64,000 nt of DNA, from contig CAVOKF010000007.1 in assembly GCA_963696385.1 (NCBI GenBank), positions 1,344,001-1,408,000 on the forward strand. Direction: 5' to 3'. Position numbers and translations under genes: made by a program. Source of the DNA: an uncultured delta proteobacterium. GTDB taxonomy: Bacteria > Myxococcota_A > Polyangia > Polyangiales > Polyangiaceae. The notes under the pieces are model-generated. The model saw nothing but the letters and a program-made list of their open reading frames with translations. It ran no database searches and was not told the origin of the DNA. Of the stretch, positions 1 to 10,246 are shown piece after piece; the stretch's first letter is position 1; each line of letters begins with the position of its first letter.

Positions 1-195
1 GCGGCTCGCCGCTTTCTCGCCATCGGCCTCGACCCCTCCTCGTCGACACGCGGCGGCGCCAATCATCCCCCCACTCGCGACCTCCTCAATGCCATGCGCG
101 CTTTACGCAGGCATATCCGCCAATATCGACTCGCCGAGCAGAACGTCGTCGACGGGCGTGACCACAACCACCACGACAAGCCCCTCCCTCGCTGA
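1..195 (+). CDS. 3' end of a small hypothetical ORF (runs off window start)
   Basis: Open frame 1 to TGA at 193-195 (..AMRALRRHIRQYRLAE..); loosely resembles the small ORF downstream of istB in this window. Confidence 0.3.
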   Translation, partial: AARRFLAIGLDPSSSTRGGANHPPTRDLLNAMRALRRHIRQYRLAEQNVVDGRDHNHHDKPLPR

Positions 196-422
196 GCCAT
201 TCTCGTCCGCTGCCCGGCGCCGCCTTCCTCAGGAGGTAGCGCCGGATCGGCGGCGCACTGCTTCCACGTCGCCTTTCCCGCGGATTTACGCGTCCGTCTA
301 CAGGTGAGCGGGCAAGCAGCACTTCTTGAATTTTTTGCCGCTCTTGCAGGGGCAAGGGTCGTTACGTCCAATCGTAGCCACAAAGTTCATCATGGTCGGG
401 TCATCGGGCGATGTCTCGAGTC

Positions 423-1007
423 ATGTGGAACAACGGGACATTCGACGCAAGTTTTTGGCAGCAGCTCACGAGGATCGATCTGGCGCAAGCCGAGCAGGTC
501 CGCCAGCGAGGGTGCGGGGATTGCGGCGGTCCGCTGGACCGGTCCGACTATGCGCGAAAACCGCGGGGCGAACTCGGCCAGGCGGCTGGCGACGACACGC
601 GTCGCGTGAGTTTTTGCTGCCGACGCGATGGGTGCCGGCATCGCGCGACGCCGCCGTCGGTGAGGTTTCTCGGCCGCAAGGTGTACGCCGGCGCGGTGGT
701 GATCGTCGCGAGCATTGTGGGGCGCGTCGCTTGTGCGGGTCTTCGACAGCCCAAACGGGCCATCGAGGGGGTGCCCGCGCGGACGGTGAAGCGCTGGCTT
801 GCGTGGTGGCAGACGGCGTTTGCTCTCGGGTCGTTTTGGCTGGAGGCGAAGAGCTTTTTCGCAACGCCCGTGGAAGTGACCGAGTTGCCTGCGTCCTTGT
901 TGTCCCGCTTTGGCGATGCCGGGGCGGCGACCATGGAGAAGCTTTTGCGTTTCATCTCGCCGGTGACGACCGAGAGCGTACGAACGAGGATTTCGATGGC
1001 TGTATGA
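423..1007 (+). CDS. Cys-rich accessory protein upstream of DDE transposase
   Basis: CGDCGG...CC...C motifs, 'TPPSVRFLGRKVY', HTH-like 'VPARTVKRWLAWW'; directly precedes a transposase. Confidence 0.6.
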   Translation: MWNNGTFDASFWQQLTRIDLAQAEQVRQRGCGDCGGPLDRSDYARKPRGELGQAAGDDTRRVSFCCRRDGCRHRATPPSVRFLGRKVYAGAVVIVASIVGRVACAGLRQPKRAIEGVPARTVKRWLAWWQTAFALGSFWLEAKSFFATPVEVTELPASLLSRFGDAGAATMEKLLRFISPVTTESVRTRISMAV

Positions 1008-1101
1008 GTCCGCGCAGAAGATGGCATTGGCCAGCAAACGTGGGGATTTTCTAGAATCAGCCCTACCGACGCGCAGCACTTGCCAGGTCGGCACGGAAGC
1101 C

Positions 1102-1959
1102 ATGAAGAAGGACGAAAGCATCCCGGTGCGGATGCGATGGGCGCTTTTGCGCTTTTCGGTCATCGGCCCGCTATTGGCCAGTCCGCCCGAATCGGGAGAA
1201 CTGGCCTCGCAGCTCTACGAACTCGCCTCGCGCTCCTACGAGCACCCGACGACGGGCGAGCGGGTGCGCTTCGGGCGCTCGACCATCGAGCACTGGCTGT
1301 ACGCCGCGCGCAACGCCACGACCAATCCGGTGCAGGTGCTCGAACGCAAGCTCAACGCGCGGGCGGGCTCGCACCCGAGCATCGGCGCGCGCCTGGGCGA
1401 AGCGATTGCAGCTCAATACCGAGCCCACCCCCGCTGGAGTTATCTGTTGCACCGCGACAATCTTTGCGCGCAGGCCCGCGTAGAACCGACGCTCGGTGTC
1501 GTGCCATCGCGCGTGACGATCGCTCGGTACATGAAGTCGCACGGGCTGGTGCGCTCGCGGTCCAAGAAGAACGCATCGCAGATCGCGCGCGGCTTGGAGG
1601 TGCGAGAGACGCGCTCGTACGAGGTGACGCACGTGGGCAGCTTGTTTCACCTCGACTTCCACGCGGGCAGCCGCCGAGTTCTCGAGCCCGACGGACAGCG
1701 CGTCGAAGTCCGTCTCTGCGGAGTGCTCGACGACTACTCGAGAGTGGGGTGTCATCTGCAATGGTATCGGGGTGCCGGGGAGACCGCCGAGGCGGTGACG
1801 CATGGTCTGTCACAGGCCTTTCAAAAGCGAGGACTGTCTCGTGCCGTGATGAGCGACAACGGCAGCGCGATGTTGTCGGACGAGATGGTCCAAGGCCTCT
1901 GTCGCTTAGGCGTGAACCATCACACCACTCCGGCTTGGCCGGCAGCAATGGCTGCATGA
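1102..1959 (+). pseudogene. DDE (rve/Mu-like) transposase, C-terminally truncated
   Basis: 'FHLDFH', 'VLDDYSR', 'MSDNGSA' catalytic Asp motifs; frame degenerates after 'HHTTPA', before the expected Glu helix. Confidence 0.75.
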
Positions 1960-2310
1960 CTGCCCAAAGCTCGTCGGGCATCCGCCAGATATCGGACGGA
2001 CGCCACGTGACCCCTGCCTCCTGCGCTGCCTGCATGCACCCGCCGGTGCCCGAACTCGACCGAAAGGGCCAACTTTCCGACTTTCGAGACCGGCTCTAAG
2101 CCATCCGCGATCAACGTCAGCTCACGGAAGACGACGTTCGCGCCCTTCATCGCGTTCACCCCGGCGCGCCACTGCGGCCTTCGCTGCCCTCGCCCGCACT
2201 CCCTTGATCGCGGGCTTCGCGGCAACATCTGACTCGCCGGGAGTGCGGCGGCGTCAACGGGCACCTCGAGCGCCGCGCGAGTCGACAGGTGGCTGGAGCC
2301 CGGTCGTCCC

Positions 2311-2691
2311 TCACGCGAGTTCGAGGATCGCAGCGTCGCGCGTCACGAGAACGGCTTCGCTCGCGAGCGCCGTGGCGATGATCAAGCGATCGGCCGGATC
2401 GCCGTGGCACCTGAGTCCCGCTGCGATAATGGCGATTTCAGGGGTGATCGCCGCGAGATCCCCCGAAACCGTCGCGAGCGCGGCGTCGAACCAGCGTTCG
2501 AGGCGTTCGCCGAGCTTCAGCCGCCCGTCCTGAGCCAAGCGGGCGATCTCCCAGAGCGAGATCGCCGGAATGAGGACGCCGCGCTCTGCCCCCGCAGCGC
2601 GTTCGATCGTCCTGCGTGCACGTTTGGACAGCGAGGCACCTGCCACGAACTCCACCCACACGTGCGAATCGAGGACAAGCACGCTACTCAA
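2311..2691 (-). CDS. vapC: PIN-domain toxin
   Basis: 'LVLDSHVW', 'ISLWEI', 'HGDPADRLIIATA', 'LVTRD' PIN motifs; overlaps the antitoxin stop. Confidence 0.9.
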   Translation of the reverse strand: MSSVLVLDSHVWVEFVAGASLSKRARRTIERAAGAERGVLIPAISLWEIARLAQDGRLKLGERLERWFDAALATVSGDLAAITPEIAIIAAGLRCHGDPADRLIIATALASEAVLVTRDAAILELA

Positions 2692-2920
2692 CGGACCAGC
2701 CGTCGCCGGCCGACAGGAGGTCGTCCGACGTATCAACGATCGTTGTTACGCTCCGAAGCGCCCCGAAGCGGGAGGCCGGCGGCTCACCGACGGGTACGAT
2801 GCGGGCTACGGGTTTACCGCGCTTGGTGACGAGGACCTCCGTTCGCGCTGACGCGACCGTATCGAGCACCTGAAGGCATTCCGCGCGAAATTTCGCGGCC
2901 GTCATGGTCCGTTTCGACAT
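2684..2920 (-). CDS. Phd/YefM-family antitoxin
   Basis: 'MTAAKFRAECLQVLD...VLVTKRGKPVARIVP'; upstream of the PIN toxin. Confidence 0.9.
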   Translation of the reverse strand: MSKRTMTAAKFRAECLQVLDTVASARTEVLVTKRGKPVARIVPVGEPPASRFGALRSVTTIVDTSDDLLSAGDGWSVE

Positions 2921-2930
2921 GTGTACACAT
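2919..2930. promoter_or_regulatory. Palindromic operator candidate ATGTGTACACAT
   Basis: Perfect 12-bp palindrome at the antitoxin start codon. Confidence 0.5.
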
Positions 2931-3146
2931 TATCATGCGCACGGCGAGCACGCCCATGAGGGCCGCCCCTCTGCCGGTGCGGGCCGAGCGAGTTCGTCGT
3001 CACGGGCAAAGCTCCTCGCCGGAGGAAAAAGCCTCACCACGCTGACCTACGCCGCTTCGCATGTCCAGCACACACCGCCCATCGCCGCGTAGCCCGCATG
3101 CGGCATGAGGGCTGACGCAACGCCCCGGTCGTGCTTGGTTGCACCC

Positions 3147-3602
3147 ATGCTGCCGCTCGAAGGAACCCTGCTCGAGAAGTTGCGCAAGATCGAGGCCCTG
3201 CACGCCGGCACAACGGTCGATGGCGAACGAGAAGCCGCGCGGCGGGCCGCCGAGCGCATTCGCGCCCGTCTCGCCGAGCTCCGGGGTAGCGAACAGGACA
3301 CGGAGCTGCTTTACAGCCTTCCCAATCCGTGGAAGCGCAAGCTGTTCCTCGCCCTCTGTCGTCGCTATGGGCTCAAGCCCTTTCGCCAGCCGGGTCGGCG
3401 CTACAGCACGGTGCAGCTGCGCGCGCCCAAGGCGTTCCAGGAGCAGACCTTATGGCCGGAGTTTCTCGCGCTGTCCGAAGAGCTCCATGCCCATCTCGAC
3501 GAGCTCACGACACGCGTCATCCGCGAGGCGATCGATGAGGACATCAGCGAACCGACCGACCAGGCTCCGCCCAAGGCATTGCCTGCCCCAGAAGCCGGTT
3601 GA
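3147..3602 (+). CDS. Hypothetical protein (DUF2786-like N-terminus)
   Basis: 'LLEKLRKIEALHAG...EREAARRAAERI' N-terminus; coding-like composition. Confidence 0.65.
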   Translation: MLPLEGTLLEKLRKIEALHAGTTVDGEREAARRAAERIRARLAELRGSEQDTELLYSLPNPWKRKLFLALCRRYGLKPFRQPGRRYSTVQLRAPKAFQEQTLWPEFLALSEELHAHLDELTTRVIREAIDEDISEPTDQAPPKALPAPEAG

Positions 3603-3849
3603 CGAGCGCCGCGTCGCGCCCTCGTCTGCCTCATACAGACAAGGGCCGAGCTGCACGCAGGACTTCTGCATCACCGTGCGAGAGCAGGACGAAGTGCCGG
3701 ACTTCGCATGCCTCGGGCCGAACGAGCGAAGGGCGGCGGTCGAGCGTCTTCGGAACGAAATCCTGGCGACGTGCCCGGCGGAGAAGCGCGATCGCAAGCT
3801 CGGGATCGGCGAACGGGACACGAATCGGCGAGGCGCCCAGGCAGCCGGC

Positions 3850-3877
3850 TTGCGCGTACACCATACAGGTGTACAAT
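3850..3877 (+). promoter_or_regulatory. Sigma70-like promoter with overlapping inverted-repeat operator
   Basis: TTGCGC-16 bp-TACAAT; GTACACC-N5-GGTGTAC at 3856-3874. Confidence 0.55.
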
Positions 3878-4163
3878 GATCCGAGTGATCAAGCGGGTCC
3901 TTCTGTCCAAGAAGGCAGAGAAAGACCTGGCGACGGTCCCGGTACACGTAGCGTTGAAACTTCAGAACTGGGTGGAGGATGTGGAAGAACGAGGCGTCGA
4001 GGCCGTGCGCAAGATCCATGGCTACCACGACGAGCCGCTCAAGGGAGCCCTGAAGGGGCAGCGCTCGATTCGGCTGAGCAAGGGATATCGCGCCTATTAC
4101 CGGGTCGTGAAAGACGCGGTCGAGTTCCTACGCGTTGAAGGAGTCGACAAGCATGCCTACTAA
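3876..4163 (+). CDS. higB: RelE/HigB-family mRNA interferase toxin (start may be GTG 3885)
   Basis: 'HDEPLKGALKGQRSIRLSKGYRAYY'; toxin-first order before an HTH antitoxin. Confidence 0.8.
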   Translation: MIRVIKRVLLSKKAEKDLATVPVHVALKLQNWVEDVEERGVEAVRKIHGYHDEPLKGALKGQRSIRLSKGYRAYYRVVKDAVEFLRVEGVDKHAY

Positions 4164-4464
4164 GAAGAGTAACGCTCGACGATTTCTCGAAAATCTGACG
4201 GGCGGCCCCGTGACTTTGGGCCGCTTCCTCGAGGCGGTGCGGCTCGGCGAGGAGCTGACGCAGGCCGCGTTCGCGGACAAGCTCGGTCTTTCGAGGTCGC
4301 ATCTCAACGACATCGAGAAGGGCCGCAAGGCGGTTAGCCCGGAGCGCGCAGTCCGGTTCGCCGAGATCCTCGGTTACTCCGAGGCCCGCTTCGTCCAGCT
4401 TGCTCTCCAAGACCTGATCAACCGTGGGGGCCTGAAATTCCAGGTCGACGTGAAGGCCGCGTAA
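4153..4464 (+). CDS. higA: Xre-HTH antitoxin
   Basis: 'LTQAAFADKLGLSRSHLNDIEKGRKAVS' HTH_3. Confidence 0.8.
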   Translation: MPTKKSNARRFLENLTGGPVTLGRFLEAVRLGEELTQAAFADKLGLSRSHLNDIEKGRKAVSPERAVRFAEILGYSEARFVQLALQDLINRGGLKFQVDVKAA

Positions 4465-4598
4465 ACCACCTTGGCCGGGTGAAATGATCGCGGGGGAAAC
4501 GAGCATCACCGGCTGGACCGAGCCGAGTCCAGGTCCCGTCTTGGCTACTTCGCCGATCGGCCGAAAATGCGCTAGGGACAGCGCTATGTTCGCGCACG

Positions 4599-5132
4599 AT
4601 GTTCGCCATCGTGACCGTTCTCGCCGCCGCAGTGGTCGACCTGTTTCGCTCGCGACGGTCGTTGCTCACCGAAATCGCCTTGCTCCGACACCAACTCACC
4701 GTGCTGCACCGGTCGGTCGCCCGACCGCGCGTGACGCGGCTCGACCGGATCGTGCTGGTGGCACTCGCCGCCATCACGCCGACGTGGAGGAACGTGCTGC
4801 GAGTGGTCCAACCCGAGACGCTTCTTCGCTGGCACCGCGCGGGCTTCAAGGCTCTGTGGCGCTGGCGCAGTCGGCCCGGGTGCACGTTGCGCATCGCGGC
4901 CGAGACCGTGGCGCTGATCCGCACGATGGCGCGCGAAAACGCGCTGTGGGGGGGCCGAGCGGATTCGCGGAGAATTGCTCAAGCTCGGAATCAAAGCCAG
5001 CAAGCGCACGGTTCAGAAGTACATGCGCGCTGCGCGAACACATCCGCCTGGAGGGCAGCGCTGGTCCACGTTTCTGCGAAACCATGCCTGCAACGTCTGG
5101 GCTTGCGATTTCTTGCAAGCCTACGACTTGTT
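4599..5132 (+). pseudogene. Integrase-core IS transposase fragment, frameshifted and cut by IS21
   Basis: 'EIALLRHQLTVL', 'VQPETLLRWHR', 'MARENALWG', frameshift at the G-run near 4950, 'WSTFLRNH..WACDF'; ends at the IS21 left end. Confidence 0.75.
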
Positions 5133-5360
5133 CTTCAGCGGCGCCCTCGTCGTGATCCACCGCACGGCGGGATCGTGATCCACGGCACGGCCTGAAGGGG
5201 CGGCCGCGGGCGGCGGGATCGTGATCCAGGGGGGCGCCGTGGAATGCGCGATCGAGGGCGTCTCGCCGGACGCTGGCGTCGATGTCCAGGCGTCGATGCA
5301 GCGAGTGCTGGGCGGCCTGATGAAAACGATCACCGCCGTGACCGAGAGAGCGAGCAGCGC

Positions 5361-6935
5361 ATGACGGTGCACTGGCGCTCTCGCGAGGAATTGATCCACC
5401 AGGTCGTCGTGTTGACGGCCCAGGGGATGAGCCGGCGCGCCATCACGCGGGCGCTGGGGGTCAGTCGGAACACGATCAAGAAGATCCTTCGGACCCACGG
5501 TCGCGAGCGCGACGACGGGCACGCCGCGCTGGCCGCTGCGCCCGTGCGCGCGCCGCGTTCCCGCAAGATCGACGCCTACCAGGGTCGCGTGAGCGAGTTG
5601 CTCGCGCGCTACCCGGACATCACCGCGCAGCGCGTGCTGGAGATCCTCAAGGACGAGGGATTCCAAGGCGGCTACACCGCCGTCAAGAAGCAGATGCGGC
5701 GCGTGCGGCCAGCGGCCAAGCCGACGCCGAGCCTCGAAGCTCCGGTGTTCGGACCGGGTGAGATGGCCGAAAACGATTGGTCGCCCTACACGCTCACGTA
5801 CACGACCGGCCTCTCCGAGACTGTGCAGCTGTTCTCGTATGTCCTGGTCTATTCGAAGCGCAAGTCCTTCGACGTCTTCGGCTCGCCGGACTTGTTCGCG
5901 CTCATGGACGGCCACGAGCGCGCCTTCGCGCGCTTCGGCGGCTGCGCCGCGGGCTGCAAGTACGACAGCCAAAAGCCCGTCGTGCTCCGGTGGGAAGGCC
6001 ACCAGCCCATCTACAATCCTCGGTATCTCGCCTTTGCCGCGCACTACGGCATTCAGCCCGCCGCCGTGCGAGGAAAACCCAACGCCAAGCCGCGCGTCGA
6101 ACGCAGCTTCTGGGAGCACGAGCGATCGTTTCTCAACGGCCGCTCATTTCGCGATCGCGACGACTTCGCCGCGCAGCTCGCCGACTGGCTCGTTCGCGTC
6201 GTCGACCCGCGCAAGCGTCACGGGCTGTCCGCCCTCGATCGGTTTCGCGACGAGGCGCCTCACCTGCGGCCGCTGCCCAAGCATCCGTACGACACCGCCC
6301 GGGTCACGTATCGACTCTGCAGCATCGACGGGTACGTCGAATGGCTCGGTAACCGCTACGCCGTGCCGTACGACCATGTGACCGACTTCCTGCCGCTGCG
6401 CATCACGCAGACGGAGCTGTTCGTCTACGGGCCGAATCTCGCTTGCCTGGCGCGCTATGAGCTGCGACCGCGCGGACGCGGCGACAAGATCGACCCGCTC
6501 GGGCTGCATCCTCGCCCAGAGAGCCGGTCGCCCATCGACGTCGACAAGCTGCGCGCCACCTTCGAGCAGATGGGCGACGGGGCCGCCGCGTTCCTGCTCC
6601 AGCTCTCGGGCGCCCACGTGACCCGTGTCTGGACCCACCACGCCCGGCAGATCCTGCTCTTGCGTGCCCGCTACGACAGCGCCGACGTCGACGCCGCCCT
6701 CGCGCACGCCGTTCGGTTCGGCGCGCTCGACGCGGCCTCGGTCGAGCGCATCCTCGCCCGACGCGCTCCGCCCCGGACCCTCGACGAGTACGTCGCCGAA
6801 GACACCGCCAAGCGCATCGATGACGCGCTCGGTCCCGTCGTCACACGCCCCCGCGATCTGGCCGAGTACGACGCTCTGCCGCTCGCCACCCGCCGCCCCG
6901 TGGAGACCGCCGATGGCCAAGACCAAAACGGATAA
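5361..6935 (+). CDS. istA: IS21 transposase
   Basis: N-terminal HTH, 'PGEMAENDW', 'CKYDSQK', 'AKPRVER'. Confidence 0.92.
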   Translation: MTVHWRSREELIHQVVVLTAQGMSRRAITRALGVSRNTIKKILRTHGRERDDGHAALAAAPVRAPRSRKIDAYQGRVSELLARYPDITAQRVLEILKDEGFQGGYTAVKKQMRRVRPAAKPTPSLEAPVFGPGEMAENDWSPYTLTYTTGLSETVQLFSYVLVYSKRKSFDVFGSPDLFALMDGHERAFARFGGCAAGCKYDSQKPVVLRWEGHQPIYNPRYLAFAAHYGIQPAAVRGKPNAKPRVERSFWEHERSFLNGRSFRDRDDFAAQLADWLVRVVDPRKRHGLSALDRFRDEAPHLRPLPKHPYDTARVTYRLCSIDGYVEWLGNRYAVPYDHVTDFLPLRITQTELFVYGPNLACLARYELRPRGRGDKIDPLGLHPRPESRSPIDVDKLRATFEQMGDGAAAFLLQLSGAHVTRVWTHHARQILLLRARYDSADVDAALAHAVRFGALDAASVERILARRAPPRTLDEYVAEDTAKRIDDALGPVVTRPRDLAEYDALPLATRRPVETADGQDQNG

Positions 6936-7776
6936 ACCAGACTCCAATGACCGGGTGACCGGCCCGGCCTCTGACGAGGCCGTCGTGGTGATCGATCGCC
7001 TGCGCCGGCACCTCGGCTACTTGGGCCTCTCCCATACGCTCTCCACGCTCGACGACTGGCTCGCGTGGGCCACCCGCGAGCGACCCGGACACACCGCCCT
7101 GCTCGAGCACGTCCTGGCCGCTGAGGTCAATCACAAGTCGGCCGCGCGCCTCGACCGGCGTATCCGGGTCAGCGGCCTGGTCGAGCGAAAGACACTCGAG
7201 GCCTTCGACTGGGACTTCCAACCCTCGATCGACAAGAGCCTCGTGCTGGAGCTCGCCCGCCTCGACTTCGTCGGGCGCCACGACGACCTGGTCATCACGG
7301 GAAAGAGCGGCACCGGCAAGAGTCACATCCTCAAGGCCCTCTCCCTGCGCGCCTGCGTGCAGGGCATCTCCCTGCGCTACGCGCGGTGCGTCGACCTGCT
7401 CGCCGACCTGCACGCCGGCCTCGCCGACGGCACCTACCCCCGACGCCTGAAGGCCTGGGCACGACCCGACCTGCTCGTCATCGACGACGTCGGCCTGGGG
7501 CAGGTGCGCCAGCGCGACGACGAGCCCACCGCCGCCCATACTCTCTTCAACCTCGTCGATCGCAGGCACGGCAAGCTCTCGACCGCGGTCACCTCCAATA
7601 TCGATTTGCGCCAGTGGGGACGCTACCTGGGAGACGCGACCGTCGCCGCCGCCATTCTCGATCGGCTCGCCATGCATGCCATTCGTATCGACATCGACGG
7701 ACCGAGCTACCGCCAGCACGTCGCTGCCGAGCGTGCCGGCAAGCCGGTCGCACCCACTCGGGCGACGGCGCCGTGA
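6913..7776 (+). CDS. istB: IS21 helper AAA+ ATPase
   Basis: Walker A GKSGTGKS, 'DLLVIDDVG', 'TSN', 'AAAILDRL'. Confidence 0.95.
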   Translation: MAKTKTDKPDSNDRVTGPASDEAVVVIDRLRRHLGYLGLSHTLSTLDDWLAWATRERPGHTALLEHVLAAEVNHKSAARLDRRIRVSGLVERKTLEAFDWDFQPSIDKSLVLELARLDFVGRHDDLVITGKSGTGKSHILKALSLRACVQGISLRYARCVDLLADLHAGLADGTYPRRLKAWARPDLLVIDDVGLGQVRQRDDEPTAAHTLFNLVDRRHGKLSTAVTSNIDLRQWGRYLGDATVAAAILDRLAMHAIRIDIDGPSYRQHVAAERAGKPVAPTRATAP

Positions 7777-8087
7777 GGCGCCCGCGCCGCGTTCCACCCG
7801 CTCCGCCTCCGCCCCGCGTCCCGGACCTCGTCGTCGCGCCGGAGCTCGCCTCCATCATTCTGCTCGAACACGCGCTCGACGTCGCTGCCGACGCGCTCTT
7901 GGCCGAGCACCAGACGCTCATCGACGACTTCCATAGGCCACGCGACCAAGGCCCTGTCGTCTTCCTCGCCCACACGATCTGCATCAGAGCCGCCACCTTG
8001 CGCCAGACGCTCTGGCGTTACCGCCACGCCGTCCGCGAAGCAGCTATGCCACCCGCGCACGATCCCACCGACGACAACACCTTCTGA
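7773..8087 (+). CDS. Small IS-borne hypothetical protein
   Basis: GTGA overlap with the istB stop; conserved in both copies. Confidence 0.6.
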   Translation: MRRPRRVPPAPPPPRVPDLVVAPELASIILLEHALDVAADALLAEHQTLIDDFHRPRDQGPVVFLAHTICIRAATLRQTLWRYRHAVREAAMPPAHDPTDDNTF

Positions 8088-8934
8088 TAGCCGGACTCCC
8101 GCACTGAGCCGCCGGCCCGAGCGCTCGCGAGTCCTACCGGCGTCTTGGAGGGGTCCCCCTTCGCCCGGCCGAGCATCTCGGGTGCGAGCCACCGGCCCTG
8201 ACGCGCGCCCTTTCCGATAGCAAGGGGTGGGTCACGATCCCGCCGCCGCTGACACCCCGATCCCCGCGACGGGTGGATCACTTCGGTGACCCGAAGTGGA
8301 TCACTCCAAAGGCGCCGCTGAAGGCTCAAGGCACCGTTCGGTACGCGATGGCCGCCGCCACCAAGACGCCAAAGCCTGCAAGCCACACGGCCACCCGGCT
8401 GAAGCCCACCGGCGCCGACGCCCGCCGCGGACGACGCCGATCGCCGGCACAGGACGCAGAAACCATCGGGCCCGCACGCGAGATCGTGCCACGCGCAGCG
8501 CGCGGGTCGATGACGCAGCGATCCGGAGCCCCCACCATGGATTAACCCATGCATCTCACCCGCGCCGTCGCCTCTCTGTCAAAACGCGCGAGACCGCGCT
8601 TTTTCCGAAGGTTTCCGCACAGTGAACAGACGCTCCAAGAGATCGCTCCGGCCTGGCCTGGAGCAAGGGACGCGGAGCGCGCGCAAAAGCCGTGTTTTGC
8701 CTCCACGGGGTGAACTGCGCGGGCGTGACGAAACGTGCGAGGCGGACCCAGGCGCGGACCTTGATAGCAGGCGGAGCAGGTGCGGGAAATAAGTTGCTGC
8801 GGCCGCGCCCGGTCAGGGAAATCTCCCGCTCGCTGTCACCAACTCCGCCGGCCATCGGATTCGGACACGGTACCGTTCCAGCTTCGGGCGGTGTCGTCGA
8901 TGCTCTGCGCTGTCGTCTTCCGATCGCCGGGTCG

Positions 8935-10191
8935 TCACGGCGTTCTGGCACAACGAAAGCCCTCGCCGCTATAGCCGGACGTCGGATTGCCGCTCAAGCG
9001 GTTCTGGGGCAGCAAGTCCAGCGCTTCGACGCCGAAGCTGCCGCCCCGGAACACCCGGGTCAGAGCAGTCGTGAGATAGGCGCAATCTGCACAGGGATCG
9101 ACGTACGCAGCGTACCAATCCAGGTTCCACTCCCACTCTTCGCCCGCCATATCCAGCTGACCCCAGTAGCTTGCTCCCAGGCTTGCTTTCCCCACCGGCG
9201 CGATGTTCGCTACGCCCAAGCAGGAGTCCAACATGCCAGTCGGATAGTAACAATTGAAACCATCGCCATAAATCGCGTACTGGCTCGCTGTCCCGGGATC
9301 CGTCGAGCCCCACGGATACTCTCGCTGCTGGCTCCCTCCCGCTGCCACGTACTCCCACTCTGCCTCGCTTGGCAAAAACCCCCCGTCCCAAATGCAGAAC
9401 GCGTACGCCTCGTACCAGTCCACGCAGTTGATCGGCAGATTCTCTTGGCTGCCCGCTCCGGTCGTCCACGTGCTCAACGGACCGCAAACCGCCGCCACGG
9501 TCAGACTCGCGTTCCACGTGCTCGCCGCGCCAGACCCCGTTGCGATATACGCGTTCCAGTCCGTGTCGTCCCATCCCGTCTCATACGTTCCCGGGCTCCC
9601 GCTGTTGGCCAGCCCCAGGCCGCCGTTCAAGTGCGTATGGATACCGCTACCGTTCGCAGGCGGCGCGCCGCTTGGGCCGGTCAGGTATTTCACGTATTGC
9701 CGAAAACGACTTACCGTTACCAAATACTTGTCCATCCGGAAGCCGCTTACCGTCGCCGGATTGGCACCGCCCGTCGCTCCCGCTCCGTTGTTCGCGTACG
9801 TCCGATCGTACGTACCCCCGATCACCTCCAAGCTCGTGCAGCAACTTTCGCTCCCACTCCCCCCGGGCCCGCAGTTCGTCATGCCGGGACCGCCGGGCTG
9901 GCAGCTGGGCGGTCCGGTGATTGGACCCGAGGAAAGACTCGTCGAATTCGATACGCCCGGACTGCTCGGTGCCGAGCGGGTCGAGCCGGTTGCGACCGCG
10001 TTCTGCGCGGATGCGCCACCATCCACCTCGGTTCCCGGCGCTTCGTCAAGCAGTCCGGTTCTGGCGCCGCACCCGGCCAGAGCCGCGACTGTGGCCGTGA
10101 TCGCTCGCACCCGCGCTTGGAGTCCGACAGGGCTCATTCTCCTGCCGAGAAGTGTCCCGTGGATCGAGAGCGAGCAGGATGGTTCAGGCAT
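8935..10191 (-). CDS. FGE-sulfatase (SUMF1/CLec-fold) domain lipoprotein
   Basis: LAGC lipobox; 'PINCVDWYEAYAFC', 'LPSEAEWEY', 'LDMAG', 'GFRCAR'. Confidence 0.9.
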   Translation of the reverse strand: MPEPSCSLSIHGTLLGRRMSPVGLQARVRAITATVAALAGCGARTGLLDEAPGTEVDGGASAQNAVATGSTRSAPSSPGVSNSTSLSSGPITGPPSCQPGGPGMTNCGPGGSGSESCCTSLEVIGGTYDRTYANNGAGATGGANPATVSGFRMDKYLVTVSRFRQYVKYLTGPSGAPPANGSGIHTHLNGGLGLANSGSPGTYETGWDDTDWNAYIATGSGAASTWNASLTVAAVCGPLSTWTTGAGSQENLPINCVDWYEAYAFCIWDGGFLPSEAEWEYVAAGGSQQREYPWGSTDPGTASQYAIYGDGFNCYYPTGMLDSCLGVANIAPVGKASLGASYWGQLDMAGEEWEWNLDWYAAYVDPCADCAYLTTALTRVFRGGSFGVEALDLLPQNRLSGNPTSGYSGEGFRCARTP

Positions 10192-10246
10192 CAGGACTCC
10201 AGGGCCGAGCCGAGTCCTCGAACTGCAAATAACCTAGCCGTCCTTG

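Larger units (their letters stand above)
5133..8323 (+). mobile_element. IS21-family element, copy 1 (internal 1302-bp deletion)
   Basis: TIRs CTTCAGCGGCGCC-N6-GTGATCCAC; istA/istB; nearly identical to 31564-36056 but lacks its 34579-35880 segment; no TSD. Confidence 0.9.
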
